Origin: Escherichia phage IME08
Sequence record: NC_014260.1
Length of the DNA: 64,000 nucleotides
Reading direction: 5' to 3' (one strand)
Positions 52,542 through 62,780 of this stretch are shown here, in pieces; the stretch's first letter is position 1; every line of letters starts with the position of its first letter. The position numbers and the translations under genes were made by a program. Under the pieces are notes generated by a model. It did not search any database and was not told where the DNA came from. It saw nothing but the letters and a program-made list of their open reading frames with translations.

Positions 52542-52979
52542 TTATTTTTCACCTGCTTCAAATTTCCTGAGCTCCAACATATTCTTTAATGAGAAACCTC
52601 TGGCTTTGACTGCGTCTAAAGCCGAACTACAGAAGTCCTGTAATAAAGCCCAATACTGGATTGACGTATCGATTTTAATTACACTAGAATCTGCAGCCAT
52701 TACGGTCTTTAATTCAGACTTCTCATATTGGTCCATACAAACCTCATCACCAGGCTCTCCACGTCCCGTGTAGAAATCTAATCGCTTCTTAAGTGAGGTC
52801 TTTTTCTGGATTTCTAATCTCATTATTTCTTTCTTACAATTCGTATACAGTCTTAGCCATTTGCTGTGCAGCAAAACGTTGTTCTGTACTTCATACTGTA
52901 AACGAGTCCCATCAATCTTCAAATCTTCATCCAAAGCATCTTGAAACGACTCTAATTTATATTCAATCTCTTTACTCAT
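52542..52979 (-). CDS. uvsY: UvsY recombination mediator
   Basis: LQYEV.NNV, RLDFYTGRG, YEKSELKTV, QYWALLQDFCS.ALDA motifs match T4 UvsY; start moved to ATG 52979. Confidence 0.9.
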   Translation of the reverse strand: MSKEIEYKLESFQDALDEDLKIDGTRLQYEVQNNVLLHSKWLRLYTNCKKEIMRLEIQKKTSLKKRLDFYTGRGEPGDEVCMDQYEKSELKTVMAADSSVIKIDTSIQYWALLQDFCSSALDAVKARGFSLKNMLELRKFEAGEK

Positions 52980-53037
52980 CGCATGTTTCCTGTGTAATAA
53001 CCATAGGACCATTATACACTATTCATTTGAACAGCAA

Positions 53038-53427
53038 TTAACCACTCTGGGAGAGCTGAATTCTAATTTGCTCTAATGTATCCGGGTCATCAACGATACT
53101 AAACTGAACAGTCACGATAATCGAGTTATCATCGTACACAGGTGTCACACCTACAGCCAGGGCAGAAATTCTGGGTTCGAAGTTCCGCACAGCGGAAACT
53201 ATATTACGCTTAATGGTGTCTGTGATTAATGGAGTAATATTCTCAAACAATTGGTTGCTGATGTCACAACCGAATTCAGGCATAAAAGGGCGTGAACCTT
53301 TGCGAGTAGTAATAATACCTAACAAGCTATTTTTTACTGCACGAGCGCCTATAGCTTTAGCAACGTCTCTATTCCAAGACGTCCTCATTTCAGGGTCTAA
53401 ATCCGAATACATTTTATTGATATTCAT
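53038..53427 (-). CDS. 25: gp25 baseplate wedge protein
   Basis: NINK.YSD.DPEM...LLGIITTRKGSRPF.PEFGCD matches T4 gp25. Confidence 0.95.
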   Translation of the reverse strand: MNINKMYSDLDPEMRTSWNRDVAKAIGARAVKNSLLGIITTRKGSRPFMPEFGCDISNQLFENITPLITDTIKRNIVSAVRNFEPRISALAVGVTPVYDDNSIIVTVQFSIVDDPDTLEQIRIQLSQSG

Positions 53428-54050
53428 TACATCACCTTAAAGAACTCTTTAAGTCCCTCAATAACGTGGACAGTATGTTCACCACATTCACAAGAAATAG
53501 GTATGGCCAAAATAGGCTTAGGGGCAACTAGTGCATCATAAACTTCTTTTATATCTTTTTCTGTTATCACAGAATAAAGGTCATCAAGTTCCACATCGCT
53601 TAAATCTGAAAGAAAAAGCTTTTCGCCTGTAGAAGTTAAAATATAATCGATACACCCTGCGACCATCATAGCCCTATTTTTATCTTCAAAGAGTTTAGGG
53701 TATCTGAAAACAATTTTAAAGTTGCCAAAGTCTTTAATAACATCAGGCTCTTTACCCAATGTTGCGCGAGTTAGTGTCATAGGGACAACCTGTGAGCGAC
53801 CACAACTACAAACCCACTCACGTTCTATATTCACTTCAGCTAATGAATGGGCCCACAGGTTTATCACTAGGAGCTCAGATTCTTGCTTGTTTAAATCACG
53901 AGCATCTGTGCAATTCGAAATGAGTTCATTGATAAAGGACTCTATTCTGCCTTCTAATTTAGCTTGGAGCAAGTCCTTATACTCTCTGAGGGTAAATGCT
54001 CTGCATTTTATGGTTTTGTTTTTAATTTTTACGTCAAAAGTATAATTCAT
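53427..54050 (-). CDS. 26: gp26 baseplate hub protein
   Basis: 207 aa vs T4 208 aa; position; minus-strand TATAAATA. Confidence 0.8.
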   Translation of the reverse strand: MNYTFDVKIKNKTIKCRAFTLREYKDLLQAKLEGRIESFINELISNCTDARDLNKQESELLVINLWAHSLAEVNIEREWVCSCGRSQVVPMTLTRATLGKEPDVIKDFGNFKIVFRYPKLFEDKNRAMMVAGCIDYILTSTGEKLFLSDLSDVELDDLYSVITEKDIKEVYDALVAPKPILAIPISCECGEHTVHVIEGLKEFFKVM

Positions 54051-54068
54051 TGTCTTCTCCTTTAAGCT

Positions 54069-54080
54069 TATTTATAAATA
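54069..54080. promoter_or_regulatory. overlapping divergent late promoters (gene 26 on -, gene 51 on +)
   Basis: ttaTTTATAAATAc holds the octamer on both strands. Confidence 0.65.
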
Positions 54081-54100
54081 CATCAATAAGAGGACACCCT

Positions 54101-54853
54101 ATGGCTAATATCGTACGTTGTGAAATGCCTGATGGAGTCCACCGATTTAAACCTTTTACAGTAGCTGATTATCGTGATTTTATTTTGATTCGAAATGACA
54201 TGAATAATAAATCGCCTGAAGAGCAAAAACAAATTTTAGATGAGTTACTGGAAGAATACTTCGGTGAATATCCTATGTCATGGCGCCCGTATATGTTCAT
54301 TGAACTTTACACGTCATCACTCGGCAAGACCAAAATTCCTATCCGATACACTTGCAGTAAGTGTGAAAAGGATAGACAAGTTTTATTCAATTTGAAACAG
54401 GCCAAGTTAGATAATCCCACAATTGAAGTGGCAGGCTTGAAGCTAACATTCAAATTTCCGGAAATAGAATATCAAGACAAATCTGAATTGATTTTGAACA
54501 CCCTCCAAACCGTAGAAGATGAAAACGGAAAATATAATTGGACTGACCTTTCTGAAGAAGACCAATTAGCCGTAATAGATGCTATAGACTTATCCACTTT
54601 AGAGGATATAGTCAAACAAACCGGCCCTATCCACTTTGAGCTTAAATATGGGTGCTGTAATCGTAGAACAATTATGTATACCGATATTTTAGAGGTGTTT
54701 AAGCTTATAGTCAATCCGGATGAGATATTTTTATTTTACCAAATAAACCATTTATTGGTAAAGAACAATTATTCATTAGAAAGCATTATGCAGATGATTC
54801 CAATCGAACGCGGTATTGCTTTGTCTTTGGTTGAAAAGGACCTTAAGAAATGA
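54101..54853 (+). CDS. 51: gp51 baseplate hub assembly protein
   Basis: Track start 54050 is TTG; ATG 54101 with SD aagagga gives 250 aa vs T4 249; TATAAATA at 54073. Confidence 0.8.
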   Translation: MANIVRCEMPDGVHRFKPFTVADYRDFILIRNDMNNKSPEEQKQILDELLEEYFGEYPMSWRPYMFIELYTSSLGKTKIPIRYTCSKCEKDRQVLFNLKQAKLDNPTIEVAGLKLTFKFPEIEYQDKSELILNTLQTVEDENGKYNWTDLSEEDQLAVIDAIDLSTLEDIVKQTGPIHFELKYGCCNRRTIMYTDILEVFKLIVNPDEIFLFYQINHLLVKNNYSLESIMQMIPIERGIALSLVEKDLKK

Positions 54854-56019
54854 GTTCAAAAACTATGCAACGTGAAGGCTTTCCTAATATTAGTATACGC
54901 CTTTACGAAGATTATGACGCCTGGTTAGAGCATCGTTTTGTTGAACTAGGCGCAACATTTACTACCCTAACAATGAGGGATGGACTTTACGGTAGTAATG
55001 AAGGATTACTCCAGTTTTATGATGCAAAAAACCTTCATACTAAAATGGATGGCGAGCAGATTATCCAAGTTTCCGTTAAGAACGCTAACTCAGAACGTAC
55101 CCAATCAAGAATTTATGGAAGCAAACACTTTGCTGTAGGAGTGGATTCGAAGGGCGACAATATCATAACAATACAACTCGCCCCAATCCACTTTTTAGAA
55201 AATCTTAAATTCGGACGTATGTTCTTCCCTAGTGTTCAAGAAACATTAACAGAAATGATTGGTGTTATTTACCAAGACCGACCACTTCTTGCACCTCCGT
55301 TGAACGGAATAAACGTTTACGTTCCTAATGTTCCTTGGTGTGATTCAATGGACCGTTATATGGAATTTGTACGAGAAGTAGGTATGGCAGTTGAATCTGA
55401 TAAATTTGTATTTGTCTGGGAAGATATAGATGGTATTTCTATCATGGACTACGAATTTATGGTTAATCAAGAGCCAATTAATTTTGTGGTAGGTGAGCCT
55501 CGTTTAATAGGCCAATACGTCCAAGATATGGACACCCCTATCGCATTTGATTTTGAATGGCTAACTAAAGCTAACCAGCATACCAGAAAGCCGTACGAAA
55601 ATGCTACAGTATATGCCCATTCCTTCTTGGATAAAAACGCCACACGAATTACTTTTGGTGATGGACAAAACAGTATATTAGTTTCTCGTTCAGGTGGATA
55701 TTCTGATTATACCTACCGAAACGGATTTGAAGAAGCTGATAGATTGGTTACTATGGCTCAGTATGATGGTTATGCTCATTGCAAAGTATATGGGAACTTT
55801 GAATTAACCCCAGGTGATAAGATTAATTTCTATGACCCTAAAAACCAGTTCCAATACGATTTTTATGTAGACGAAGTTATTCACGAAGTGAGTAACAATA
55901 CATCAATTACAAACCTTTATATGTTTACTAATGGTAAGCCTATTAAGATTGAAGAACCACCGAAGGTTAAAAATGAACTTAAAACTGATACTCCCGATCA
56001 AGAAAATAACGCTGGGTGA
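54850..56019 (+). CDS. 27: gp27 baseplate hub protein
   Basis: 389 aa vs T4 391 aa; position. Confidence 0.85.
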   Translation: MSSKTMQREGFPNISIRLYEDYDAWLEHRFVELGATFTTLTMRDGLYGSNEGLLQFYDAKNLHTKMDGEQIIQVSVKNANSERTQSRIYGSKHFAVGVDSKGDNIITIQLAPIHFLENLKFGRMFFPSVQETLTEMIGVIYQDRPLLAPPLNGINVYVPNVPWCDSMDRYMEFVREVGMAVESDKFVFVWEDIDGISIMDYEFMVNQEPINFVVGEPRLIGQYVQDMDTPIAFDFEWLTKANQHTRKPYENATVYAHSFLDKNATRITFGDGQNSILVSRSGGYSDYTYRNGFEEADRLVTMAQYDGYAHCKVYGNFELTPGDKINFYDPKNQFQYDFYVDEVIHEVSNNTSITNLYMFTNGKPIKIEEPPKVKNELKTDTPDQENNAG

Positions 56020-56500
56020 TAAAGAGATTTCTATTCCTAAATTGGGCCTTAAACACCAGAAACTGGTTAAAGATGAAAAAGACCCTTATAAGGCTCTTCA
56101 CATATTAATGAATTCCATTTATAAAGGTTTATCCGCGGCAGAGACCGATTTTGCCGCTCTTCATCTTTTAGAATTCAATGGAAGATTAAAAAGTAAAGTA
56201 ACCAAAGACGGGTTTACTTATAATTTAAACGACCTTTATATTTGTCAACGACTTGAATTCCAGTTCCAAGGTAAAACGTTTAAATTTAAATCACACGAAC
56301 CATTTCAAACATTTGGCCCTGTTGATAGTGTATTACAATCTCTTTACCTTGGTGATGATGTACCAGATTTTCTGGATATGCCTGCCTTTGTTGCTACATG
56401 GGCCGACGATATAACTTCTACTGTAGCTATCCCTGGTCCTAATGGTCCTATCAAAGGATTGCTTAAAATCATGGATATCTTAAATGAAGAACGAATCTAA
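55973..56500 (+). CDS. 28: gp28 baseplate hub distal protein
   Basis: 175 aa from internal ATG; overlaps gp27 end. Confidence 0.75.
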   Translation: MNLKLILPIKKITLGDKEISIPKLGLKHQKLVKDEKDPYKALHILMNSIYKGLSAAETDFAALHLLEFNGRLKSKVTKDGFTYNLNDLYICQRLEFQFQGKTFKFKSHEPFQTFGPVDSVLQSLYLGDDVPDFLDMPAFVATWADDITSTVAIPGPNGPIKGLLKIMDILNEERI

Positions 56501-58220
56501 TCAGAATAGTTTTCGTCGCAATAAACTGATTGAAGAAATGGCTCCTCAGCGTCGTGCTGAGGCGCTAGCCCAAACTCAGAACGACGAATTAGGAAATATA
56601 TCAGATGTTTTATCCGATTCCCAGGCGGCGTCTGAATTGCTCTCTGAAGTGGTTGAGACAAAGTCTAATCAGATTATTAGTTCTGTAGACCGAGTAGATA
56701 AAAGCGTCCAAGATGTTGTCGCTGGAACAGAATTAACAGCTGAAGCTATATCAGAACAAACCCAACAATCTAAAGCTCTTTCGGACGCATTAAACGAAAA
56801 GATTAATAAGCTTTCTAATATGTTGGAGGCTAAATTTTCTGGTATTTCTATTCCACCTGAAGGGAGCTCATTAAAGGTTATTGAAGACTCTATTCCGGAA
56901 GAACCTAAGGCCGAAACTCCTAAAGTTCCTGCTGTTGTTGAAGATATTCTTCCACCGGAAGACAATAAACCTGACGCTGAATTTGTTCCCGAGCCTCCTA
57001 AAAATTCAGATGAAGGTAAAGAAGGCGCTAAGTCTCCTCTTTCCGAGAAAATTGAAGCCCTTACTAAAATAACTGAAAAGGGATTTAAAGCTTCTGTAGG
57101 CGTTGCTGATAGAATTTCAGGTATGCTTTTTAAGTATACCATTACTGCCGCCGCTGAAGCTGCTAAACTCGCTGCAGGTTTAGTTCTTTTAATATTTGGT
57201 ATAGATGCTATTCGTGTTTACTTCCAATATTTCATGGACCAATTTGAGGCAGGGTGGAAAGAATTTAACGATAAGTTTAAAGAGTGGGGCCCGTTACTTG
57301 AAGGGCTAATGACATGGGCCAAGAATGCCGAGGCTATGTTTAGTGAAGGGAACTGGTTAGGCCTGGCCGAAGCTATTATTCGCGGTATGGTTAATCTTAC
57401 TAAAAATATGGCTCAGCTTTTAATGGTCGGTATTTCTAAGTTGATTTCTGCTATTTTAAGCAAAATACCTGGTATGGGTGAGTTGGCTGAAAACGTAGAG
57501 GCTTCCGCTTTAATGTCATATCAGCAAAATACTGGAGCCACTTTAGATGACGAAGACCAAACTAAAGTAGCCAAGTACCATGATAGACGTTCTGCTGAGG
57601 CTTTAGAAACAGCCGAGAAAATGAATAAGAAGTATAAGAATAAACCTGAGCTTATAAACCAGGCAGAGAAATACGGTAATCTTACTAAAGAACAAGCTGA
57701 CCAATTACGCGCAGGTGGAATTGACACAAGCTTCCGTGACCTCCCTGAAGAAGAACGTTTGGAGTATTTCAAGAAACGTGATAAAGCCCAGGCCGATATT
57801 ATTCGTTTGACTCAAACTGCTGATAATATAATGAAGCCTGATTCTAAAGATATCGAAAATGCTAAAGCATATAAAGCTGATATCGAGAAACAATTGGCTG
57901 ACCCTATTATGGCTAAAGGTGGAGCACCGAAGGACCTTAATATCCAGCAATTACTTGATAAGATGAATAAATCTTTAGAGAAATTTAACGAAGCCGAAAA
58001 GCCTAAACCTGCCTCTGTAGCGGAATCCCCTGAAAATACTCAGGTTAAAAAGGTTGACGAACAAATGAGAGCAAAGGAAAATGCTAAATATAGTCAGCAA
58101 GCTCCAACTCAAATAAATCAGCAAACGAATATCAAGAAAACGAGTAAGACCAGTTATAATTTACCTCCACAGTCTTCTACTCCTGCTCCTGGTATGCGTC
58201 AAGCTACTAAAGTTAATTAG
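56484..58220 (+). CDS. 29: gp29 tail length tape measure / hub protein
   Basis: 578 aa vs T4 590 aa; position. Confidence 0.8.
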   Translation: MKNESNQNSFRRNKLIEEMAPQRRAEALAQTQNDELGNISDVLSDSQAASELLSEVVETKSNQIISSVDRVDKSVQDVVAGTELTAEAISEQTQQSKALSDALNEKINKLSNMLEAKFSGISIPPEGSSLKVIEDSIPEEPKAETPKVPAVVEDILPPEDNKPDAEFVPEPPKNSDEGKEGAKSPLSEKIEALTKITEKGFKASVGVADRISGMLFKYTITAAAEAAKLAAGLVLLIFGIDAIRVYFQYFMDQFEAGWKEFNDKFKEWGPLLEGLMTWAKNAEAMFSEGNWLGLAEAIIRGMVNLTKNMAQLLMVGISKLISAILSKIPGMGELAENVEASALMSYQQNTGATLDDEDQTKVAKYHDRRSAEALETAEKMNKKYKNKPELINQAEKYGNLTKEQADQLRAGGIDTSFRDLPEEERLEYFKKRDKAQADIIRLTQTADNIMKPDSKDIENAKAYKADIEKQLADPIMAKGGAPKDLNIQQLLDKMNKSLEKFNEAEKPKPASVAESPENTQVKKVDEQMRAKENAKYSQQAPTQINQQTNIKKTSKTSYNLPPQSSTPAPGMRQATKVN

Positions 58221-58228
58221 GATTAATA

Positions 58229-59317
58229 ATGAAAGTAAAAGAACTTGACTTTGATGTAGCCTCCTTGTTTAAAGGAGGTTCAAAGACCTCCGCCGGCCAG
58301 TCTAAAGCTAAACCGATACAAACTACAGTAACGGCCCAATACCCGGCAGAAAGGGCCTCCGGTAATGACACCTCTACAGATATGGTGTTAAGCGATTTAT
58401 ATAAAAATGGCTTACTTTTTACGGCATATAATTTTAGCTCTCGTGTATCACCTGATTTGCGTAACGACCGTTCAAGTCAAATGACTAAAAAGTTTTCAAA
58501 GGCTACTGGTAAACTTACCGGTAATACCGGAGGATTCAGTGCGGTTAAAAACTTGTTTAGTAATAACTCCAAGGGAGTTAAATTTGACAACCAAGCTTTG
58601 GCAAATATTTTACTCCCACGTTCTAAATCTGACGTAGATTCGGTCACCCATAAATTTAATGATGTCGGTGAATCATTAATTACTAAAGGTGGTGGTACTG
58701 CTACGGGTATTTTAAGTAACGTTGCCAGTACTGCTGTATTTGGTGCGTTGGAATCCGTGACTAATGGCGTAATGGCCGATTCAGGTGAGCAGATATACAC
58801 TACCGCCCGTAGTATGTACGCAGGTCCGGATAACCGTACTAAGGTATTCACTTGGGAAATGACCCCGCGAAACGCCCAAGACCTTATTCAGATTATTAAA
58901 ATATATGAAATCTTTAACTACTATTCTTACGGCGAAACAGGCAACTCGGCCTTCGCTGGCGAATTAAAAGAGAAGATTGATACTTGGTATCGTTCTACGT
59001 TTAAAAAAGAAGCTATTGACAAGTTTGACGGTAAGCTATTAGGGGAAAGTATTACAAGCTTCCTTTCTAATGTTATTGTGGTAAGTAACCCGACCATTTG
59101 GTATATCAGAAACTTTGGCGATAGCAGTTCATATGATGGTCGTGAAGATATTTTTGGTCCATGCCAAATCCAGAGTATCCGTTTTGATAAAACTCCGGAT
59201 GGCCATTTTAACGGATTGGCTATTGCTCCTAACTTACCATCTACATTTAGTTTAGAAGTTACTTTCCGTGAAATCATTACTCTGAACCGTGGCTCACTTT
59301 ATACGGAAGGATTCTAA
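58229..59317 (+). CDS. 48: gp48 baseplate tail-tube junction protein
   Basis: 362 aa vs T4 364 aa; position. Confidence 0.85.
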   Translation: MKVKELDFDVASLFKGGSKTSAGQSKAKPIQTTVTAQYPAERASGNDTSTDMVLSDLYKNGLLFTAYNFSSRVSPDLRNDRSSQMTKKFSKATGKLTGNTGGFSAVKNLFSNNSKGVKFDNQALANILLPRSKSDVDSVTHKFNDVGESLITKGGGTATGILSNVASTAVFGALESVTNGVMADSGEQIYTTARSMYAGPDNRTKVFTWEMTPRNAQDLIQIIKIYEIFNYYSYGETGNSAFAGELKEKIDTWYRSTFKKEAIDKFDGKLLGESITSFLSNVIVVSNPTIWYIRNFGDSSSYDGREDIFGPCQIQSIRFDKTPDGHFNGLAIAPNLPSTFSLEVTFREIITLNRGSLYTEGF

Positions 59318-60270
59318 TGTATACTTTACAAGAATTTCAGAACCAGGCAATTAATATTGACCTACAGAGGAATAATCTGTTTAGTGTAGTATTTGCTACA
59401 GTTCCTTCTTCTAAATCCCAAGCGCTCCTCGACCAGTTCGGTGGAGCTTTATTTAACAATATCCCATTGAATAGCGATTTGTTTGGTATTACACAAGGAG
59501 AGTTGACCCAAGGTGTTACGACATTAGTGACAGCGGGCACTCAGAAGCTCATTCGTAAGTCAGGCATAAGTAAATATCTGATTGGAGCTATGTCATCCAG
59601 GGTTGTGCAGAGCTTACTAGGAGAGTTTGAAGTAGGTACATATCTGATGGATTTTTTCAATATGGCTTATCCTACAGCAGGTCTTTTAGTCCATGCCGTT
59701 AAAATCCCGGATAATACTTTGAACTATGAAATGGATTTGAACCACAACTCGCCTAATATCAAAATTACCGGAAGAGAATATTCTCCTCTGGTATTAAGCT
59801 TCCGTATGGATTCTGAAGCTGCCAACTACCGTGCTTTTAATGATTGGGTCAATAGTGTCCAAGACCCTATTACACAATTAAGAGCATTACCCGAGGATGT
59901 TGAAGCTGATATTCAAGTCAACCTTCATTCTCGTAATGGGCTACCTCATACAGTAGTAATGCTTAACGGTTGTGTTCCTGTGGGTGTTTCATCGCCTGAA
60001 TTATCTTATGACGGTGATAACCAAATTGCTTCGTTTGATGTTACATTTGCTTATAGAAGTGTGCAGACGGGTGCAGTTGGTAAACAGGCTGCTTACGAAT
60101 GGCTGGAAGATAAAGTCCTTAAAGGAGTGGCGGGCATAAGTGAGAGTAATTCACTGAGTTCTTCAGTAGCTAAATTAAGCCGACTTTCAGGAGCTTCTAG
60201 TGGATTGACCGGATTGGTTAACACATTTGGCGGGCGTACTATTAATAATGGAATATCGAGGTTGTTATAA
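59317..60270 (+). CDS. 54: gp54 baseplate tail-tube initiator
   Basis: 317 aa vs T4 320 aa; position. Confidence 0.85.
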   Translation: MYTLQEFQNQAINIDLQRNNLFSVVFATVPSSKSQALLDQFGGALFNNIPLNSDLFGITQGELTQGVTTLVTAGTQKLIRKSGISKYLIGAMSSRVVQSLLGEFEVGTYLMDFFNMAYPTAGLLVHAVKIPDNTLNYEMDLNHNSPNIKITGREYSPLVLSFRMDSEAANYRAFNDWVNSVQDPITQLRALPEDVEADIQVNLHSRNGLPHTVVMLNGCVPVGVSSPELSYDGDNQIASFDVTFAYRSVQTGAVGKQAAYEWLEDKVLKGVAGISESNSLSSSVAKLSRLSGASSGLTGLVNTFGGRTINNGISRLL

Positions 60271-60275
60271 CAAAA

Positions 60276-60299
60276 AAGGAGAGCGTATGCTCTCCTTTA
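60276..60299. terminator. bidirectional terminator between gene 54 and 60306..60596
   Basis: A-run, GGAGAGC-GUAU-GCUCUCC, T-run. Confidence 0.75.
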
Positions 60300-60305
60300 G
60301 GGGGT

Positions 60306-60596
60306 TTACTTACGGAACGAAATGAAACCTGCCGCCGTCATTAGCGGTTGCTTTTTAACAAATACCGTAACTGAAATAGGAGCTTCGGATTCAAGCTGAC
60401 CAGTCACTACACCATTAAAGATATTTTCAGTTTGTTCCGGCTGAGAAAAGTTCTCAACAGGGCGGATATCAAATTGCTTATCTTCACCGAAAACTCGACG
60501 CAATTCATTACCAATGGCACTGTCAAACTCTTCGGAAGCAGGGATAACGTTTTCAACTACCAGTTCTTGACCATTAAAACGGAATGCAGATTTCAT
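60306..60596 (-). CDS. hypothetical early protein
   Basis: ORF track; leader/promoter nearly identical to that of the gene at 1..243. Confidence 0.5.
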   Translation of the reverse strand: MKSAFRFNGQELVVENVIPASEEFDSAIGNELRRVFGEDKQFDIRPVENFSQPEQTENIFNGVVTGQLESEAPISVTVFVKKQPLMTAAGFISFRK

Positions 60597-60624
60597 AATG
60601 TTCTCCTCATGTTTGTGTAAGGTA

Positions 60625-60654
60625 ATAGTACCACATCCATGTGGTGTTGTAAAC
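60625..60654 (-). promoter_or_regulatory. early-type promoter GTTTAC-N18-TACTAT
   Basis: Upstream of 60306..60596. Confidence 0.5.
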
Positions 60655-62777
60655 TACATTTTGAATTTATTTGGCAGAGCAGAGATATCCAAAGATGCAG
60701 CAAGGATTTCCATAGCCTCGTTGCTTTCAGAAACAGATTCACTAACCAAGAACTGTTTAAAGCCATCCATCGGACGAACTTCACCGGTTTCCATCAGATG
60801 GTCGCCGTCATAAACAGATTCACTGAGCTCTGAAGGAGACATCACAGTAGCTTCCATAAGATATTTGTGAGATACCCTATCATTCATAGCAAAAGCCGCT
60901 ACTTTATCAACCTTCATCAATAATCCGCGCGGAAGGATAATTTCTGCTTCTTCAGCGTATTCTGTAAGGTCACCAGGAGCGATAACTTTAACTGCTTCAG
61001 CACCTCGAATAACCATACCAATTTCAGCAATTCTATCCGCAGGGCCTTCAGGTGCAATTGGATTACCAAACTCGTCTTCTTCCCATTCTACCTCTTCATC
61101 GTCGACTTCACCTACATCAGATGAACTACCGCTAGCCAATTTAAACAACTCATCAGCGGAGGATAAAGAACCTTCACCACCAACAAAAACGGCTTGGTTG
61201 TCGAGGGCCATATAATTTTTACCGAATTCACCAAAGATGTTAGGCTTTAGTGAGGCGGACACAAAGTTCTTAAAGTAAAATGTTTTGTTATCGATATTAT
61301 GACGCAGAATTTTGTATGGCAAATCCTGACCACGATACAAAATAGTACCCTTAGGAAGTTTAATACCCTTAGTAAATGCCGAGTCTAAATCCTTAATCAA
61401 TCTAATAGCCGTTGTATTGTTTTCGGATTCAGGTTTACCTAAAAGGAATAAGTTCATAGGAGCATATTCAGCTGCGCAATATTCAATAATAGCATTGCTT
61501 TCGTCTTTGGTTAGGTCCTTAGGTTTAATGAGCTCGCCTGAATAAGCATATGCATCACCAATAGAATCGTTAATCAGTTTATAAACGGCTTCCATAGCGA
61601 AAGCAATTCGAGATGCCTTTTCTGAAGGGGAGCCATTAAAACGGGCACTCAGGTTATTAACAATTCTCTTAATAATATCCAGACTATTGGTAGTATTGAT
61701 TTGCGAAAGGCCGCTTAAAAGTCTATCGACTTCTGTATTAAAAAATGCCATATTTTTAGAGTAAATTTCAAACCCTTGTTTATCTCTATTAGCATAATTT
61801 AGTTTAAATTTACTATCAGTCATTAAAGCATGTGTGAGAGCAATAGTGTATCTAAAGTTAGCAAGGTCCTCGCTCTTAGATTTAAACTGAGAAGCCTGGC
61901 GCATTTTGGTAATAGCACCTTTTTTAAAGTTCTGACTAATCTGTTCAATACCTTCGTTCTCAGGGCCTTCGGCAGTGTGAACCGGTACAGAAGCTTCAAA
62001 CTCGTTATAAACCTGCAATTCTTTAGGGGACAAAGTTTCAGGCTCAGCAGTAGAATACTGCGCGGCAGCCGCCATACGACGGGAAATCTTAGTACGAGTA
62101 ATGACAGCCTTATCGGTACGTTTCTCTTCAACCTGTGCAATAGATGCCGCTACGGCTTCGACCTTACTTACGGCCTGGCCGGTTTTCTTAGAAACATACA
62201 CTTCGCCGACTTTAGAATCGACTTTGGTATAAAGGTCGGCATCAATTTCAGGCATGCCTTTGATATCTTCGATATTGGAACCACGACGTACTAAAAGAAC
62301 GTAGGTATGTTTTCCACTGAACTGGAACATGCTATCAACAACTTTAAACTTACCGCCAGTACGAGCCATCGCTAAACGTGCCAATACGCGCTGAACAGTA
62401 GGACCCTTACCTTTCATTTTCTTGGTAGGGAAACGGAATAAAACTGCATCCATTTTAAGTTTGTTTACTTGTTCGTATACAGTATCGAAAATGGTATTCA
62501 GTGTACCAAGTGGGTCAGAACCAAGGCCACCCTTAAGTTCAGCCGGAGCACCCTTGCTTGACAAACTCATTAGAATAACATGAATGTATTTGTCGCCTGG
62601 CTTAACCATTTTAATAGCGTCTCCTTGAGACGCATAAGATACCATACGAGCAACCAGGTTATCATTACCTGGTGCATGGATAGAGAAAATCTGTGGAATA
62701 CCGGAACCCGGTTTAAGATTTGTTACTGGATAGTTTTTAGCGGAATCACTATCAAAAACCTCGTTTAAATTTTCCAT
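60654..62777 (-). CDS. Alt-family ADP-ribosyltransferase paralog
   Basis: 707 aa; N-terminus resembles T4 Alt; C-terminal half has LYRGQ, FYFKNFVSASL, EIILPRGL, DGDHLMETGE blocks. Confidence 0.8.
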   Translation of the reverse strand: MENLNEVFDSDSAKNYPVTNLKPGSGIPQIFSIHAPGNDNLVARMVSYASQGDAIKMVKPGDKYIHVILMSLSSKGAPAELKGGLGSDPLGTLNTIFDTVYEQVNKLKMDAVLFRFPTKKMKGKGPTVQRVLARLAMARTGGKFKVVDSMFQFSGKHTYVLLVRRGSNIEDIKGMPEIDADLYTKVDSKVGEVYVSKKTGQAVSKVEAVAASIAQVEEKRTDKAVITRTKISRRMAAAAQYSTAEPETLSPKELQVYNEFEASVPVHTAEGPENEGIEQISQNFKKGAITKMRQASQFKSKSEDLANFRYTIALTHALMTDSKFKLNYANRDKQGFEIYSKNMAFFNTEVDRLLSGLSQINTTNSLDIIKRIVNNLSARFNGSPSEKASRIAFAMEAVYKLINDSIGDAYAYSGELIKPKDLTKDESNAIIEYCAAEYAPMNLFLLGKPESENNTTAIRLIKDLDSAFTKGIKLPKGTILYRGQDLPYKILRHNIDNKTFYFKNFVSASLKPNIFGEFGKNYMALDNQAVFVGGEGSLSSADELFKLASGSSSDVGEVDDEEVEWEEDEFGNPIAPEGPADRIAEIGMVIRGAEAVKVIAPGDLTEYAEEAEIILPRGLLMKVDKVAAFAMNDRVSHKYLMEATVMSPSELSESVYDGDHLMETGEVRPMDGFKQFLVSESVSESNEAMEILAASLDISALPNKFKM

Positions 62778-62780
62778 TAT

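Noticed and set aside
54050-54100. Extended N-terminus of gene 51 from the ORF track (TTG start)
   Set aside because: The ATG at 54101 has a strong SD and gives a T4-sized protein; the extension would run through the late promoter.
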